From positions 1 to 49,468 of the forward strand of contig JAJRZV010000002.1 of assembly GCA_024275095.1 (NCBI GenBank): a DNA stretch of 49,468 bases, read 5' to 3'. The DNA comes from a bacterium. Its GTDB lineage: Bacteria > JAJRZV01. This document shows, piece by piece, positions 20,430 to 29,853 of the stretch (the stretch's first letter is position 1; every line of letters begins with the position of its first letter). Under the pieces are notes generated by a model, which worked only from the letters and a program-made list of their open reading frames with translations, made no database searches and was not told where the DNA came from. The translations under genes were made by a program, and so were the position numbers.

Positions 20430-21028
20430 GAAAAGTTGTAGTCTCTACAGGCAACAGGGGAAAATTTGAAGAAATAAAAGAAATCGTTCGCGAAGTTCTC
20501 AATGCGGAAAGCATAATGGCTACTGATCTGTTTCATGACTACCGGGGAGTGAATGAAGGAGATGATTATTTTACAAACGCACTTTTGAAGGCGTCTGTTC
20601 TGGCTGTTCATTCGGACATTCCTGTTCTGGCCGAAGATTCAGGCCTGGAAATTCCTTGCTTGGGAGATGCGCCGGGGCCTCACTCCAGTCGTTTGGGAGG
20701 CAGCAGTGCCACGGATGAAGATAAGATTCGCTTGATCCTGGAAAAGATGAAAAGTGCAGAAGACAGACAGGCTCGATATATATGTACTGCAGTGCTCATG
20801 GATCACAGAGGCAGGTATGTCCGGGGATATGGAACAGTGGAAGGAGTCATTGCTAAAGAAAAAAAGGGAGAAAAAGGATTCGGTTATGATCCCATTTTCT
20901 ACTATCCGTTAGCGGGGAAGACTTTTGCTGAAATGGAAGCACCTGAGAAGAATGCAGTTAGTCACCGCAGAAAAGCCATTGAGGCGCTGGCTGAAAAGAT
21001 TAAAAAAGTAAATTTTTGGAACATGTGA
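20426..21028 (+). CDS. rdgB: dITP/XTP pyrophosphatase (HAM1 family)
   Basis: [28 protein letters not shown]; synteny with rph. Confidence 0.93.
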   Translation: MRKVVVSTGNRGKFEEIKEIVREVLNAESIMATDLFHDYRGVNEGDDYFTNALLKASVLAVHSDIPVLAEDSGLEIPCLGDAPGPHSSRLGGSSATDEDKIRLILEKMKSAEDRQARYICTAVLMDHRGRYVRGYGTVEGVIAKEKKGEKGFGYDPIFYYPLAGKTFAEMEAPEKNAVSHRRKAIEALAEKIKKVNFWNM

Positions 21029-21131
21029 GGTCGAGATGTAGGGGGAACCATTGCCTGAGGGTATCTGTTGTAAAATAATTTATTTCATGTTCATGTGCAC
21101 CAAATGTTATTAAGGCCGAACCTGGTAGAAG

Positions 21132-21190
21132 GCGTTAAGGGACTGACGACATTTGCTAAAATAACAGGCGGACACCGGGGCGTAGCGCAG
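21132..21190 (+). repeat. Copy 1 of a perfect 59-bp direct repeat (tRNA-Pro promoter + first 15 nt of tRNA-Pro)
   Basis: GCGTTAAGGGACTGACGACATTTGCTAAAATAACAGGCGGACACCGGGGCGTAGCGCAG, identical to 21340-21398. Confidence 0.95.
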
Positions 21191-21339
21191 GAGACGCGGT
21201 TGAGGCAGTGGGCGTGTTGATGATGTTAGGCGCGGGAGAAGCACCTGTGGTTTCACAGGCACAGTCTCCTTGCGGAGCAGTGGGGAGCGGAGCGACGGAT
21301 CAACCAGGAGCTGCGCGTGGGCGTTGAATGGTTGAAGGA

Positions 21340-21398
21340 GCGTTAAGGGACTGACGACATTTGCTAAAATAACAGGCGGACACCGGGGCGTAGCGCAG
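21340..21398 (+). repeat. Copy 2 of the 59-bp direct repeat, continuing into the intact tRNA-Pro
   Basis: Identical to 21132-21190; includes extended -10 TGCTAAAAT. Confidence 0.95.
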
Positions 21399-21455
21399 TG
21401 GTAGCGCACCCGCCTTGGGAGCGGGTGGTCGGCCGTTCGAATCGGCTCGCCCCGA
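21384..21455 (+). tRNA. tRNA-Pro (TGG)
   Basis: CGGGGCG acceptor stem, anticodon arm CCCGC-CT-TGG-GA-GCGGG, GTTCGAATC T-loop; CCA not encoded. Confidence 0.95.
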
Positions 21456-21568
21456 TTTTTTATATTTTGAGAACTGTATCGGCGTTCGAGGAGGATATTC
21501 TCTTGAAAAGGACCGCAATAAATGGTAAAGATTAAATACGTCTAACTTTCATCGGGAGAGGGAAAAGC

Positions 21569-22447
21569 ATGACACCGCAACAGCGTGAGGCCGTATGGAG
21601 GCTGGTTGATCGGCTTCTTCCCAAGGAAGAAGCTAAACGCCTTAAAAATATGAATTTTGTCGACGAGGGTTTTGGGTACGATGTATTTGGTTTTGAGAAG
21701 GAGAGCTTCGCACTTGCGTATTTGTTTTTACGTTTTTTCTACAAATACTGGTTCCGGGTGAGAGGATATGGTTATGAGAATGTACCACGAAAGGGCAAGG
21801 TGCTCATTGTGCCAAATCACAGCGGTACCATACCTGTAGATTTTATTATGATTGCGATAGACCTTTTTCTTCATGTAAATCCTCCCAGGGTGGCTCGGGG
21901 GATTGTTGATCATTTTGCAGGAGCGCTTCCGTATATAGGACTGATCATTTATCGCACCGGCTCTGTGATCGGTGCGCGTAAGAATTTTGAGGTGCTTTTG
22001 CAGAGGCACGGGGAAACGGTGGTGGTGTTCCCGGAGGGCACCAGAGGTATTGGTAAAGGCTGGGCTAATCGCTACAAACTTACACGTTTTAATGTGGGGT
22101 TTATAGAAATGGCATTGAAGTATCGCACACCTATTGTGCCAACGGCTGTAATCGGAGCAGAGGAACAGGCTCCACAAATTGCAAAACTCACAACCGTGGG
22201 TAAACTTCTGGGACTTCCTTACCTACCTATAACCCCGACTTTTCCTCTTTTTGGCGTTCTGGGTTTGATCCCTCTTCCATCCAGATATTACATTTACTAT
22301 GGGACACCACTTCATTATTACAAAGCCTATAAACCATCAGCTATAAAGGATCCTGTTCTCGTAAGGCAGCTCGCTGATGAAGTCCAGGGCATTGTTCAGG
22401 ACATGATAAACAAAGGACTTAAACGCAGAAAAAGTGTGTTTTTCTGA
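21569..22447 (+). CDS. Lysophospholipid/glycerolipid acyltransferase (PlsC-like)
   Basis: NHSGTIPVD (HX4D-type), VFPEGTRG, PIVPTAVIGAEE. Confidence 0.88.
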   Translation: MTPQQREAVWRLVDRLLPKEEAKRLKNMNFVDEGFGYDVFGFEKESFALAYLFLRFFYKYWFRVRGYGYENVPRKGKVLIVPNHSGTIPVDFIMIAIDLFLHVNPPRVARGIVDHFAGALPYIGLIIYRTGSVIGARKNFEVLLQRHGETVVVFPEGTRGIGKGWANRYKLTRFNVGFIEMALKYRTPIVPTAVIGAEEQAPQIAKLTTVGKLLGLPYLPITPTFPLFGVLGLIPLPSRYYIYYGTPLHYYKAYKPSAIKDPVLVRQLADEVQGIVQDMINKGLKRRKSVFF

Positions 22448-22458
22448 GAGGGTAAACC

Positions 22459-23472
22459 ATGGCTGAAAAGAAGAAAAACCAGGTCCGCCCGAAGAAAAAA
22501 ATCCGGGGAGTACGCGCCTCTCAGGTAAAAAACGTTCTTATCACAGGTGTGACAAGTACGATAGGACGCATGCTGGCCGAGCAGTTTTACTTTGATGAAC
22601 GGGTGGGCAAGATTATAGGTGTGGCAATTGACCCTAAGCCTTACTATTTTGAGGATTACAGCCCTGAACGTTTTGTTTATATCCGTGCAAACATTCTCAA
22701 GTATCGCGAATTAAACAATCTTTTTCTTTCGGAAGTTTTCAAGAACTCAAAAATCAACACCGTGGTTCATCTTGCATTTGTGACATCAACTCGCTTCACT
22801 CCTGAAGAAGCATATAACATCAATGTTGAGGGTACCCGCAACCTTTTGCTCAGATGTATTGAAACAGGGACCATTAAAAAGTTTGTTTTCAAGAGCAGTA
22901 TGATTGTGTATAAAATTCGGCCTCACACTCCGGTTTTGTTGGATGAAGAGGCAGAGTTAAATCTCGATCCCAACGCAGACCCCTGGATTAAGAATCGGGT
23001 GGACGCAGATATGATATGTCGCTCCATGATGGATAATCCCAAAATGGACATCGTCGTGCTCAGATTTTCCAATATAATAGGGCGAAATATCACCTCTGAG
23101 CTCAATGAATTTTTCGATATGAAACCGTGCCTGGTGCCCATGGGGTACAATCCCATGGTGAATCTTATACATGCCAAAGATGTGGTCAATGCAATTCAGC
23201 TTGCGGTACACAAGAAAGTAAGAGGCGTGTTTAACATCGGTGGCAGAGAGACAGCTCCCCTGCGGACATTCCTTTATTACAATAAAAATACCCCTGTGCC
23301 CTTACCACATCCTTTGCTTGGTCCAGTATACGGGTTCATTAACAAAATTGGTTTAACGAGTTACTACTATCCTGTAGAAAAGGACCTGCTTCGATTTACA
23401 GCTCTTCCAGACTGGAGCAAAGCCCAGAAAGTTCTGGGATACAGACCTTACAACCGCGTGAGGTTTGGTTAA
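22459..23472 (+). CDS. NAD-dependent epimerase/dehydratase family (extended SDR)
   Basis: VLITGVTSTIG, VVHLAF, NVEGTRNLL, LIHAKDV, VFNIGG. Confidence 0.82.
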   Translation: MAEKKKNQVRPKKKIRGVRASQVKNVLITGVTSTIGRMLAEQFYFDERVGKIIGVAIDPKPYYFEDYSPERFVYIRANILKYRELNNLFLSEVFKNSKINTVVHLAFVTSTRFTPEEAYNINVEGTRNLLLRCIETGTIKKFVFKSSMIVYKIRPHTPVLLDEEAELNLDPNADPWIKNRVDADMICRSMMDNPKMDIVVLRFSNIIGRNITSELNEFFDMKPCLVPMGYNPMVNLIHAKDVVNAIQLAVHKKVRGVFNIGGRETAPLRTFLYYNKNTPVPLPHPLLGPVYGFINKIGLTSYYYPVEKDLLRFTALPDWSKAQKVLGYRPYNRVRFG

Positions 23473-24244
23473 AGATTCCCGGAGTAGACACTTTACTGTT
23501 ACCGAAAACATGTCCTTACTGATCATCGGGCACAGGGGCAATCCAGCAGAGTATCCGGACAATACCATACCTTCCATTCTTTCCGCTATAAAATGCGGAG
23601 CTGATGCCGTGGAGGTGGACGTTCACCTTACAGAAGACGGTGAGCTTGTGGTTTTTCACGATGATAGCCTGGTGCGATTGACAGGAAAATTTACACCTAT
23701 CAAGCAGATGGCCTATGAAGAAATAAAGAATGAGACACGTCGAATATACGAGCGACAATGCACGGAAAATTGCTATGCTCCTGTTTTAGAAGAAGTGATA
23801 GATAGGGTAAAGGATAGCGGTGAAACCCGGCTTGTGGTTGAAATTAAAAAAGGTGAAGCATCGTATCCGGGTATTGGAGATAAAGTAGTGAATACCCTGC
23901 AAAGAAAAGAGATGCTGGACAAATGCATAGTTACTTCTTTTGATCTCTTTACAATCCAAAAGATTCGTGAAAAACATCCCTTTATGAATGCTGCGTACCT
24001 CCCCCGTATTTTTGATGTAAAGTACATGCTTGGAGTGGTGAAAAGACTCGGACTCCATTCCATTCACCTGCCCGCCAGTGCCAGAGGTATAGAAACCGGG
24101 ACAGCTCTTTCGAGAAATGACGTCAAAGTGTTTTATTACGTGGTCAATGATGAAGATACGCTCAGAACCTGCCTCGCATCAGGTGCAAGCGGGATATTTA
24201 CGGACAACCCGTGTTTTATAAAACGCATACGTGATCGGGTGTAA
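23465..24244 (+). CDS. Glycerophosphodiester phosphodiesterase
   Basis: IGHRG, DNT, VEVDVHLTEDGELVVFHD, VEIK, GIFTD; alternative ATG at 23510. Confidence 0.9.
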   Translation: MVKDSRSRHFTVTENMSLLIIGHRGNPAEYPDNTIPSILSAIKCGADAVEVDVHLTEDGELVVFHDDSLVRLTGKFTPIKQMAYEEIKNETRRIYERQCTENCYAPVLEEVIDRVKDSGETRLVVEIKKGEASYPGIGDKVVNTLQRKEMLDKCIVTSFDLFTIQKIREKHPFMNAAYLPRIFDVKYMLGVVKRLGLHSIHLPASARGIETGTALSRNDVKVFYYVVNDEDTLRTCLASGASGIFTDNPCFIKRIRDRV

Positions 24245-25848
24245 TGCTGTTTCTCACGGGTATTTCACTTTTTTTCCTGGGCCTTTTGCTTGCTCAACAA
24301 TATTTGCGTCAGGCAGGAAGCCAGCTTATTAACAGAGCAGTAGATGTTGTATCCAAGAACGTAATACTTCAAATATTTTCCGGCTTTCTCTTGGCTCTTG
24401 TACTTCAGAGTTCTTCTGCGGCCACGGTTGTCATTATCAGCCTTGCCGGAGCAGGACTGCTGGCTTTTTCTGAAGCATATCCCATGCTTTTTGGTGCAGC
24501 AGTAGGTTCTACAGTTGTGGTTCAAATTATATCTCTGCGATTATTTGATGCGGCACCCCTTATGCTCCTTGCAGGTATTTTGGGATGGGTGCTTGTAAGA
24601 AGGGATTTCGTCCGGTATGCATCCATGCTTCTCATTGTGCTGGGTCTGGTTTTTACAGGCATGGAATTGATGGAAAGCGGCGTAAAGTCTTCACTTAATG
24701 CGGCCGATTTCATTAATTCTGTGCTTTATCATATTCCCGGACTTTGGGGTTTCTTTGCTGCAGGATTTGCTGTTACAGCCATATTTCAGGCCAGCGCATT
24801 TGTTATCGGTGTCGTGATGATTTTGACCCTCAAGGGGCAGATGCAGATATTACCCGCCATGGCCATCGTTCTTGGAGCGAACGCGGGAACTGCTGTGACA
24901 GGTGTGCTTGCCGTACCGATGCTTTACGGAGAAGGAAGGCGCATTGCCGTATTCAATGTCGTGTTGAAGTGTATTCCTGCAATGCTTTTTTGTGTGCTAC
25001 TACCTCATATACCCGTTCTGGCATTACCAGGGAAAAACGCAGCGAGAATAATTGCCAACTTTCACTTTTTTTACAATCTTATTGTTTTGATATTGATGGT
25101 GCCGTTCAAGACAGTGGTGACAACACTCGCGGATAAAGTATGGTCCGTGAAACCATCTCTCAGAGAAGAGTTTCGTCTGGAACACTTGAAACCTGATTTG
25201 ACAAAGACTCCATCTATTGCCCTGAGACAGGCAAGAAAAGAAATTGCAAGGCTTGCTTCTCTGGTTATTGAAATGGCAAATTTAATTCCATACGCATTTT
25301 CCGGAGACAGGGGTGCTATTGAAGAAATCAGGAAGCGCGATGATGTTGTTGATTATGTGGAGAAAAACATAAGAATGCTTTTAACCCATATGATCAAAGA
25401 AAACTTGAGTTCAGGTGATGCTAAAATTCAAATGGCCATTGTGCTGACAGCTAACCATCTTGAGAATATCGCAGACGTGATGGCCCGAAACCTCGTTTAC
25501 CTTGCGGAGAAGAAAATGCGCAAAGCACTGGATTTTTCGCAGGAGGGAAAGGAAGAGCTGCATCGTCTTCACAGAAATCTGTTACACCTTCTCAAGCTTT
25601 TACGAACAGCTGTCGAGAAAAATGACAGGAGGCTTGTGGAAGAGTTGCAACAGGAAATTAACGGGTTTAAAAACGATGTGGCATCGTGTCACATTCAACA
25701 CCTGCAGCGTCTCCAGGAAGGCCTGAAAGAATCGATTGTGACTTCATCGGTTCATATTGATATCCTGGGCAATTACGAGCGCATAGCTGATTATATTCTA
25801 GATTGCGTTTACATGCTTCATGATATGCTGCCAGAATCTAAAAAATGA
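24244..25848 (+). CDS. Na/Pi cotransporter family protein with C-terminal PhoU-like domain
   Basis: LQSSSAATV and FQASA repeats, LGANAGT, multiple TM helices; C-terminal LENIAD / YERIAD. Confidence 0.88.
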   Translation: MLFLTGISLFFLGLLLAQQYLRQAGSQLINRAVDVVSKNVILQIFSGFLLALVLQSSSAATVVIISLAGAGLLAFSEAYPMLFGAAVGSTVVVQIISLRLFDAAPLMLLAGILGWVLVRRDFVRYASMLLIVLGLVFTGMELMESGVKSSLNAADFINSVLYHIPGLWGFFAAGFAVTAIFQASAFVIGVVMILTLKGQMQILPAMAIVLGANAGTAVTGVLAVPMLYGEGRRIAVFNVVLKCIPAMLFCVLLPHIPVLALPGKNAARIIANFHFFYNLIVLILMVPFKTVVTTLADKVWSVKPSLREEFRLEHLKPDLTKTPSIALRQARKEIARLASLVIEMANLIPYAFSGDRGAIEEIRKRDDVVDYVEKNIRMLLTHMIKENLSSGDAKIQMAIVLTANHLENIADVMARNLVYLAEKKMRKALDFSQEGKEELHRLHRNLLHLLKLLRTAVEKNDRRLVEELQQEINGFKNDVASCHIQHLQRLQEGLKESIVTSSVHIDILGNYERIADYILDCVYMLHDMLPESKK

Positions 25849-27842
25849 AACTCGGAATTATTATTTTTGCATTATCGTTGATTAACGGTGGAGGAATATC
25901 ACGGATTATTTCAGGCGGAGCACTTTACAGGCTCACAGTAAAAGCACCTGAAGCAAAGTATATGGAAGATTCTGTTATTCTCGGCAGCCCTGTAAGTTTT
26001 TATGGCCCCGGAATTACAGGGCAGGCATGGGAAGGTGTGTATTTTATTCGTGAAAGGAAGGTGCACCTTCAGGGGGGCGTATGGTTAAAAACAAGGGGAG
26101 AAGTTCTTTCCGGTGATGAGTGTGTGCTGGATTTGAAAAACGGTGTGATCACCATCAAAAACGGTGAGGTGATTTTACGCAAGCCTGGTTATAAGGGTAA
26201 GGTCACAGGAGAAGAGATTACTGCAAAAAAGAACAGAGAGTACTTTTTAAAAAATGCTATGTATACAACATGCCAGTGTGCTGTCGACGAAATACCTGCA
26301 TGGAGAGTTAAATTCAGTTCCGCGAATCTGGAGAGAGATGGATACCTGAAAGTAAAAAATGCATCTTTTCAAATACTGGATATTCCCGTGCTATTTTTCC
26401 CCTATCTTGTGCTTCCTTCAAAAGTCAATCGTCAGTCAGGTTTTTTGACCCCCCAATTCGAATACTATACCAAAAAGGGCTTTTATGCGTCTCTTGGATA
26501 CTACCAGGTTTTGTCTGAGTGGAGTGATTTGACATTTGATGTAGATTATTACGAGAAAAGAGGAATAGGAGGAGGTGTTAACCTCAGATATGCACTACCT
26601 TATGGAGGAGGCAATCATTATTTTTACTACATAAATGAGTTTGTGGGACCGCTGAACTCGAGATTCTGGTTTTTCAGAATTAATCACCGACAGCGCGTAC
26701 CTCAGTACAAATTGCGCCTGATGGGTTATGGAAGATATTATTCTGATACAGAACACCTCAAGGAATACAGTCAGTACGTTCAGACCGTTTACTCTTCTCA
26801 TACAAAACTGGGCTTTTTTGTAGAGGAACACCTGGATAAAGTCCCTTTTTATCTTTCCTATGAGCGTTATCAGCCGGTTATGCTATACGCCAAGGAACTC
26901 AACACCCTTTTTGCACGCATGCGCACGCAGCCTTTGAACTTTTTAAAATATTTTGATTTCTATATGGATACAGGAGCATATGTTTACGGGGAAGTCATGG
27001 AAAAATATGGTATTTATGCCCGGCCCGTACTTTCGTTCAGCACACGCAAATGGTTCTATGTGAACGCCACCGTAAATGGTATTGGTACATATTTCAATAC
27101 AAACAACATGGAAGATTTTAAAGGAAAGACAGGATGGAATGGGTCTTTTAAAATCGGGATTCCATTGCTTGCGCTGTTTTCGGAAAACTCTGCTCACAGA
27201 ATGATATTCGAAGGCGGGGGAGAATACTTCGAACACTGGAGAGAGGTTCCTTATGGAATTAATACAGGAGCTTATTATTTCTTTAATACTGTACGCTCGA
27301 GAGACTTGTTTCTCGCAACAGAACATACACTTGGCGTATGGAAGATATTAAGCATTTCCGCCCGATACAGGCATTACTGGCTGTGGAATGCGTATTCTCC
27401 GGAAAAGAAGGAATATGTGCAGTATGAATAATTGAAAGGAGGCGTATCTCTGAAACGCTGGATTTCCATTTCCCTTTGCGGTCTGTATAATTCCACCGGT
27501 GGTACATGGGAGTTTTTGAGCACGGGTTTTACTCTCAGAATGCAGAGATGGTTCTCAGTGGGGTTAAAGTACGCGAAGAGAAATCCGATGGAACAGCTTT
27601 CTTTTAACGTCCGTGTCCGCCTGCCGGGCTGGCTTGTTTTAGGATCGTCGTTGAATTATATAAAAACATCGGGGGGGGACTGGAACGTGAATAATTCTAT
27701 TTACAGTTTGACATACACTTCTCCTCAGCGATGCTGGTCAATTTCGGTCTCGTATCGGAAAATGGAATTTTCAGGAGACGCTTTTTCATTCCGTATTAAC
27801 CTGACAGGATTAGGAGGATGGGGACGAAGAGAAACCATATAG
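25845..27842 (+). pseudogene. lptD: LPS-assembly protein LptD-like, interrupted by one in-frame TAA at 27429-27431 (may be a sequence error)
   Basis: YTTCQC, PAWRV, IPVLFFPY, RQSGFLTP, DYYEKRG; ORF 27432-27842 continues in the same frame with YTSPQRCWSI and FRINLTGLG, typical of the LptD C-terminus. Confidence 0.75.
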
Positions 27843-29266
27843 TTGCTTCCCGGCGCGAACTCGTTGTCGACGGTCATACCCCGGTCAGCCTTTATAAAAC
27901 TTTGTCTGAAGGGGAAATTTATTCTTTTCTGCTCGAAAGTGTGGAAGGGGGTGAAAAGTGGGCGAGGTACAGTTTCGCAGGATGGGCACCGATGAGAATT
28001 TTCACCTTCAGCAAGGGAAGGTTCAAGGTTACGAATGGCGAAGGGAAAGAACTGTTTTCCGGAGAAACAACTGACCCTTTATCGCTCCTGCGAACACAGA
28101 TGGCAGGCATTGAAATGCTGGATGAACTTCATTTGCCCCGTCTCGCCGGTGGCGCTGTGGGGTTTCTTGGATATGACCTGGTTCGGTTCTTTGAGAACCT
28201 GCCTGATATGCAAAAACCCGAACTTGAAATCCCCGAATTTCAATTGATTATTCCGTCACGATTGGTGGTTCATGACAATCTCAAGCATACAGTAACACTT
28301 CTTGCTTTTGAAGAGGTAAATGGTGGTGATGTCACCACGGCGCGAAAGATTGCAGAGGAAAAAATGCAGGACATGGTGAAGTGTTTGAGGGCTTCGACTC
28401 ATGTATTCGAACCGTTCACATTAATGGAAAACAGGCGGAAGCTGAATTTCCATTCCAATTTTGAAAAGTCAGAATTTGAACGAAGAGTAGCTGCGGTGAG
28501 GGACTATATCCTTCAGGGAGAAGCCATTCAGGTGGTTCTTTCCCAGCGGTTTGAATTGGAAGCAGGAGTGGATCCTTTCAACACATACAGGGCTTTAAGA
28601 ATTATTAACCCTTCTCCTTATATGTACTTTATCAAAATGGATGACTTGGCTATCGTGGGTTCGTCACCCGAGGTTATGGCACGGGTAAACGGTGGGGTTG
28701 TGGAGGTAAGGCCTATTGCCGGAACGCGTCCAAGAGGACAGACAGAGTCCGAAGACAGGGCTTTTGAGGCTGAACTCTGTGCGGACCGCAAAGAAGCTGC
28801 TGAACACGTGATGCTGGTGGATCTGGGACGCAATGATGTGGGAAGGGTAGCACGTAAAGGCTCCGTGGAGGTAACGGAATTCATGGTGGTTGAAAGATAT
28901 TCCCACGTGATGCATCTGGTAAGTCATGTAAAAGGGATTCTTGAAGAAGGAAAGGACGCCTTTGATGTTTTTAAAGCCACATTCCCTGCAGGCACTGTGT
29001 CCGGCGCTCCAAAGGTGAGAGCAATGGAAATCATTGAAGAAATGGAAACGGTGAAAAGAGGTCCATACGCCGGAGCCGTGGGTTATTTTGACCTGAAGGG
29101 AAACATGGATATGGCCATCACGATTCGGACTCTGGTGTTCAAGGGAAATGCTGCGTATGTACAGGCAGGTGCTGGTATCGTGGCAGACTCCGTTCCCGAA
29201 AGAGAATATGAGGAAACAAGAAATAAAGCGCTGGCGCTTTTAAAAGCTGTGGAGATGGCACCGTGA
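27818..29266 (+). CDS. trpE: Anthranilate synthase component I
   Basis: FLLESVEGGEKWARYS, NPSPYM, PIAGTRPRG, EHVMLVDLGRND, FPAGTVSGAPK. Confidence 0.93.
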   Translation: MGTKRNHIVASRRELVVDGHTPVSLYKTLSEGEIYSFLLESVEGGEKWARYSFAGWAPMRIFTFSKGRFKVTNGEGKELFSGETTDPLSLLRTQMAGIEMLDELHLPRLAGGAVGFLGYDLVRFFENLPDMQKPELEIPEFQLIIPSRLVVHDNLKHTVTLLAFEEVNGGDVTTARKIAEEKMQDMVKCLRASTHVFEPFTLMENRRKLNFHSNFEKSEFERRVAAVRDYILQGEAIQVVLSQRFELEAGVDPFNTYRALRIINPSPYMYFIKMDDLAIVGSSPEVMARVNGGVVEVRPIAGTRPRGQTESEDRAFEAELCADRKEAAEHVMLVDLGRNDVGRVARKGSVEVTEFMVVERYSHVMHLVSHVKGILEEGKDAFDVFKATFPAGTVSGAPKVRAMEIIEEMETVKRGPYAGAVGYFDLKGNMDMAITIRTLVFKGNAAYVQAGAGIVADSVPEREYEETRNKALALLKAVEMAP

Positions 29267-29850
29267 AGGTGTTTTTGCTCGATAATTACGATTCTTTCAC
29301 TTACAACATCTACCAGTACCTGGGTACGCTTGGTGCTGATGTTATTGTGAGGCGAAATGACGAGTTTGATATAGAAGAAATGGAAAAGTGGGGTGTTTCA
29401 GCGGTAATAATTTCTCCTGGTCCCAGCAGGCCGGAGAATGCAGGACTGACGGTAGAGTTTATTCGCCAATACGCCGGAAGAGTTCCTATTCTGGGAGTCT
29501 GCCTGGGTCATCAGGCAATTGCTTATGCTTTTGGTGCCCGGATTGTGAGAGCGAAACGGGTAATGCACGGTAAGACATCAGATATTTTTCATGACGGCAA
29601 AGGAGTTTTTTATCGCATGAGAAACCCCTTTCAGGCCACGCGTTATCATTCGCTTGTTGTTGATAGTAATTCACTTCCGGAAATGTTCTCGGTTTCTGCA
29701 TGGACAGTGGACAATGAAATCATGGGCATCAGGCACAGGGAATGGCTGCTTGAAGGGGTGCAGTTTCATCCTGAATCCATACTTACAGAAGACGGCATAT
29801 TAATTTTCAAAAATTTTTTGGAACTTTCAGAAAAATACCAAGGAGGGTAA
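29263..29850 (+). CDS. trpG: Anthranilate synthase component II / glutamine amidotransferase
   Basis: DNYDSFTYN, ISPGP, GVCLGHQ, RYHSL, QFHPES. Confidence 0.92.
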   Translation: MKVFLLDNYDSFTYNIYQYLGTLGADVIVRRNDEFDIEEMEKWGVSAVIISPGPSRPENAGLTVEFIRQYAGRVPILGVCLGHQAIAYAFGARIVRAKRVMHGKTSDIFHDGKGVFYRMRNPFQATRYHSLVVDSNSLPEMFSVSAWTVDNEIMGIRHREWLLEGVQFHPESILTEDGILIFKNFLELSEKYQGG

Positions 29851-29853
29851 ATC

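Noticed and set aside
21132-21398. CRISPR array interpretation of the direct repeat
   Set aside because: Only two copies, 59 bp long with a 149-bp spacer, the repeat is tRNA-derived, and no cas genes are present
21110-21518. Minus-strand ORFs (99 aa, 72 aa) and a protein-like plus-strand stretch AREKHLWFHRH...WLKER in the insert
   Set aside because: The ORFs are antisense to tRNA-Pro; the plus-strand stretch is preceded by stops with no start and matches no family I recognise, though a decayed gene fragment cannot be excluded
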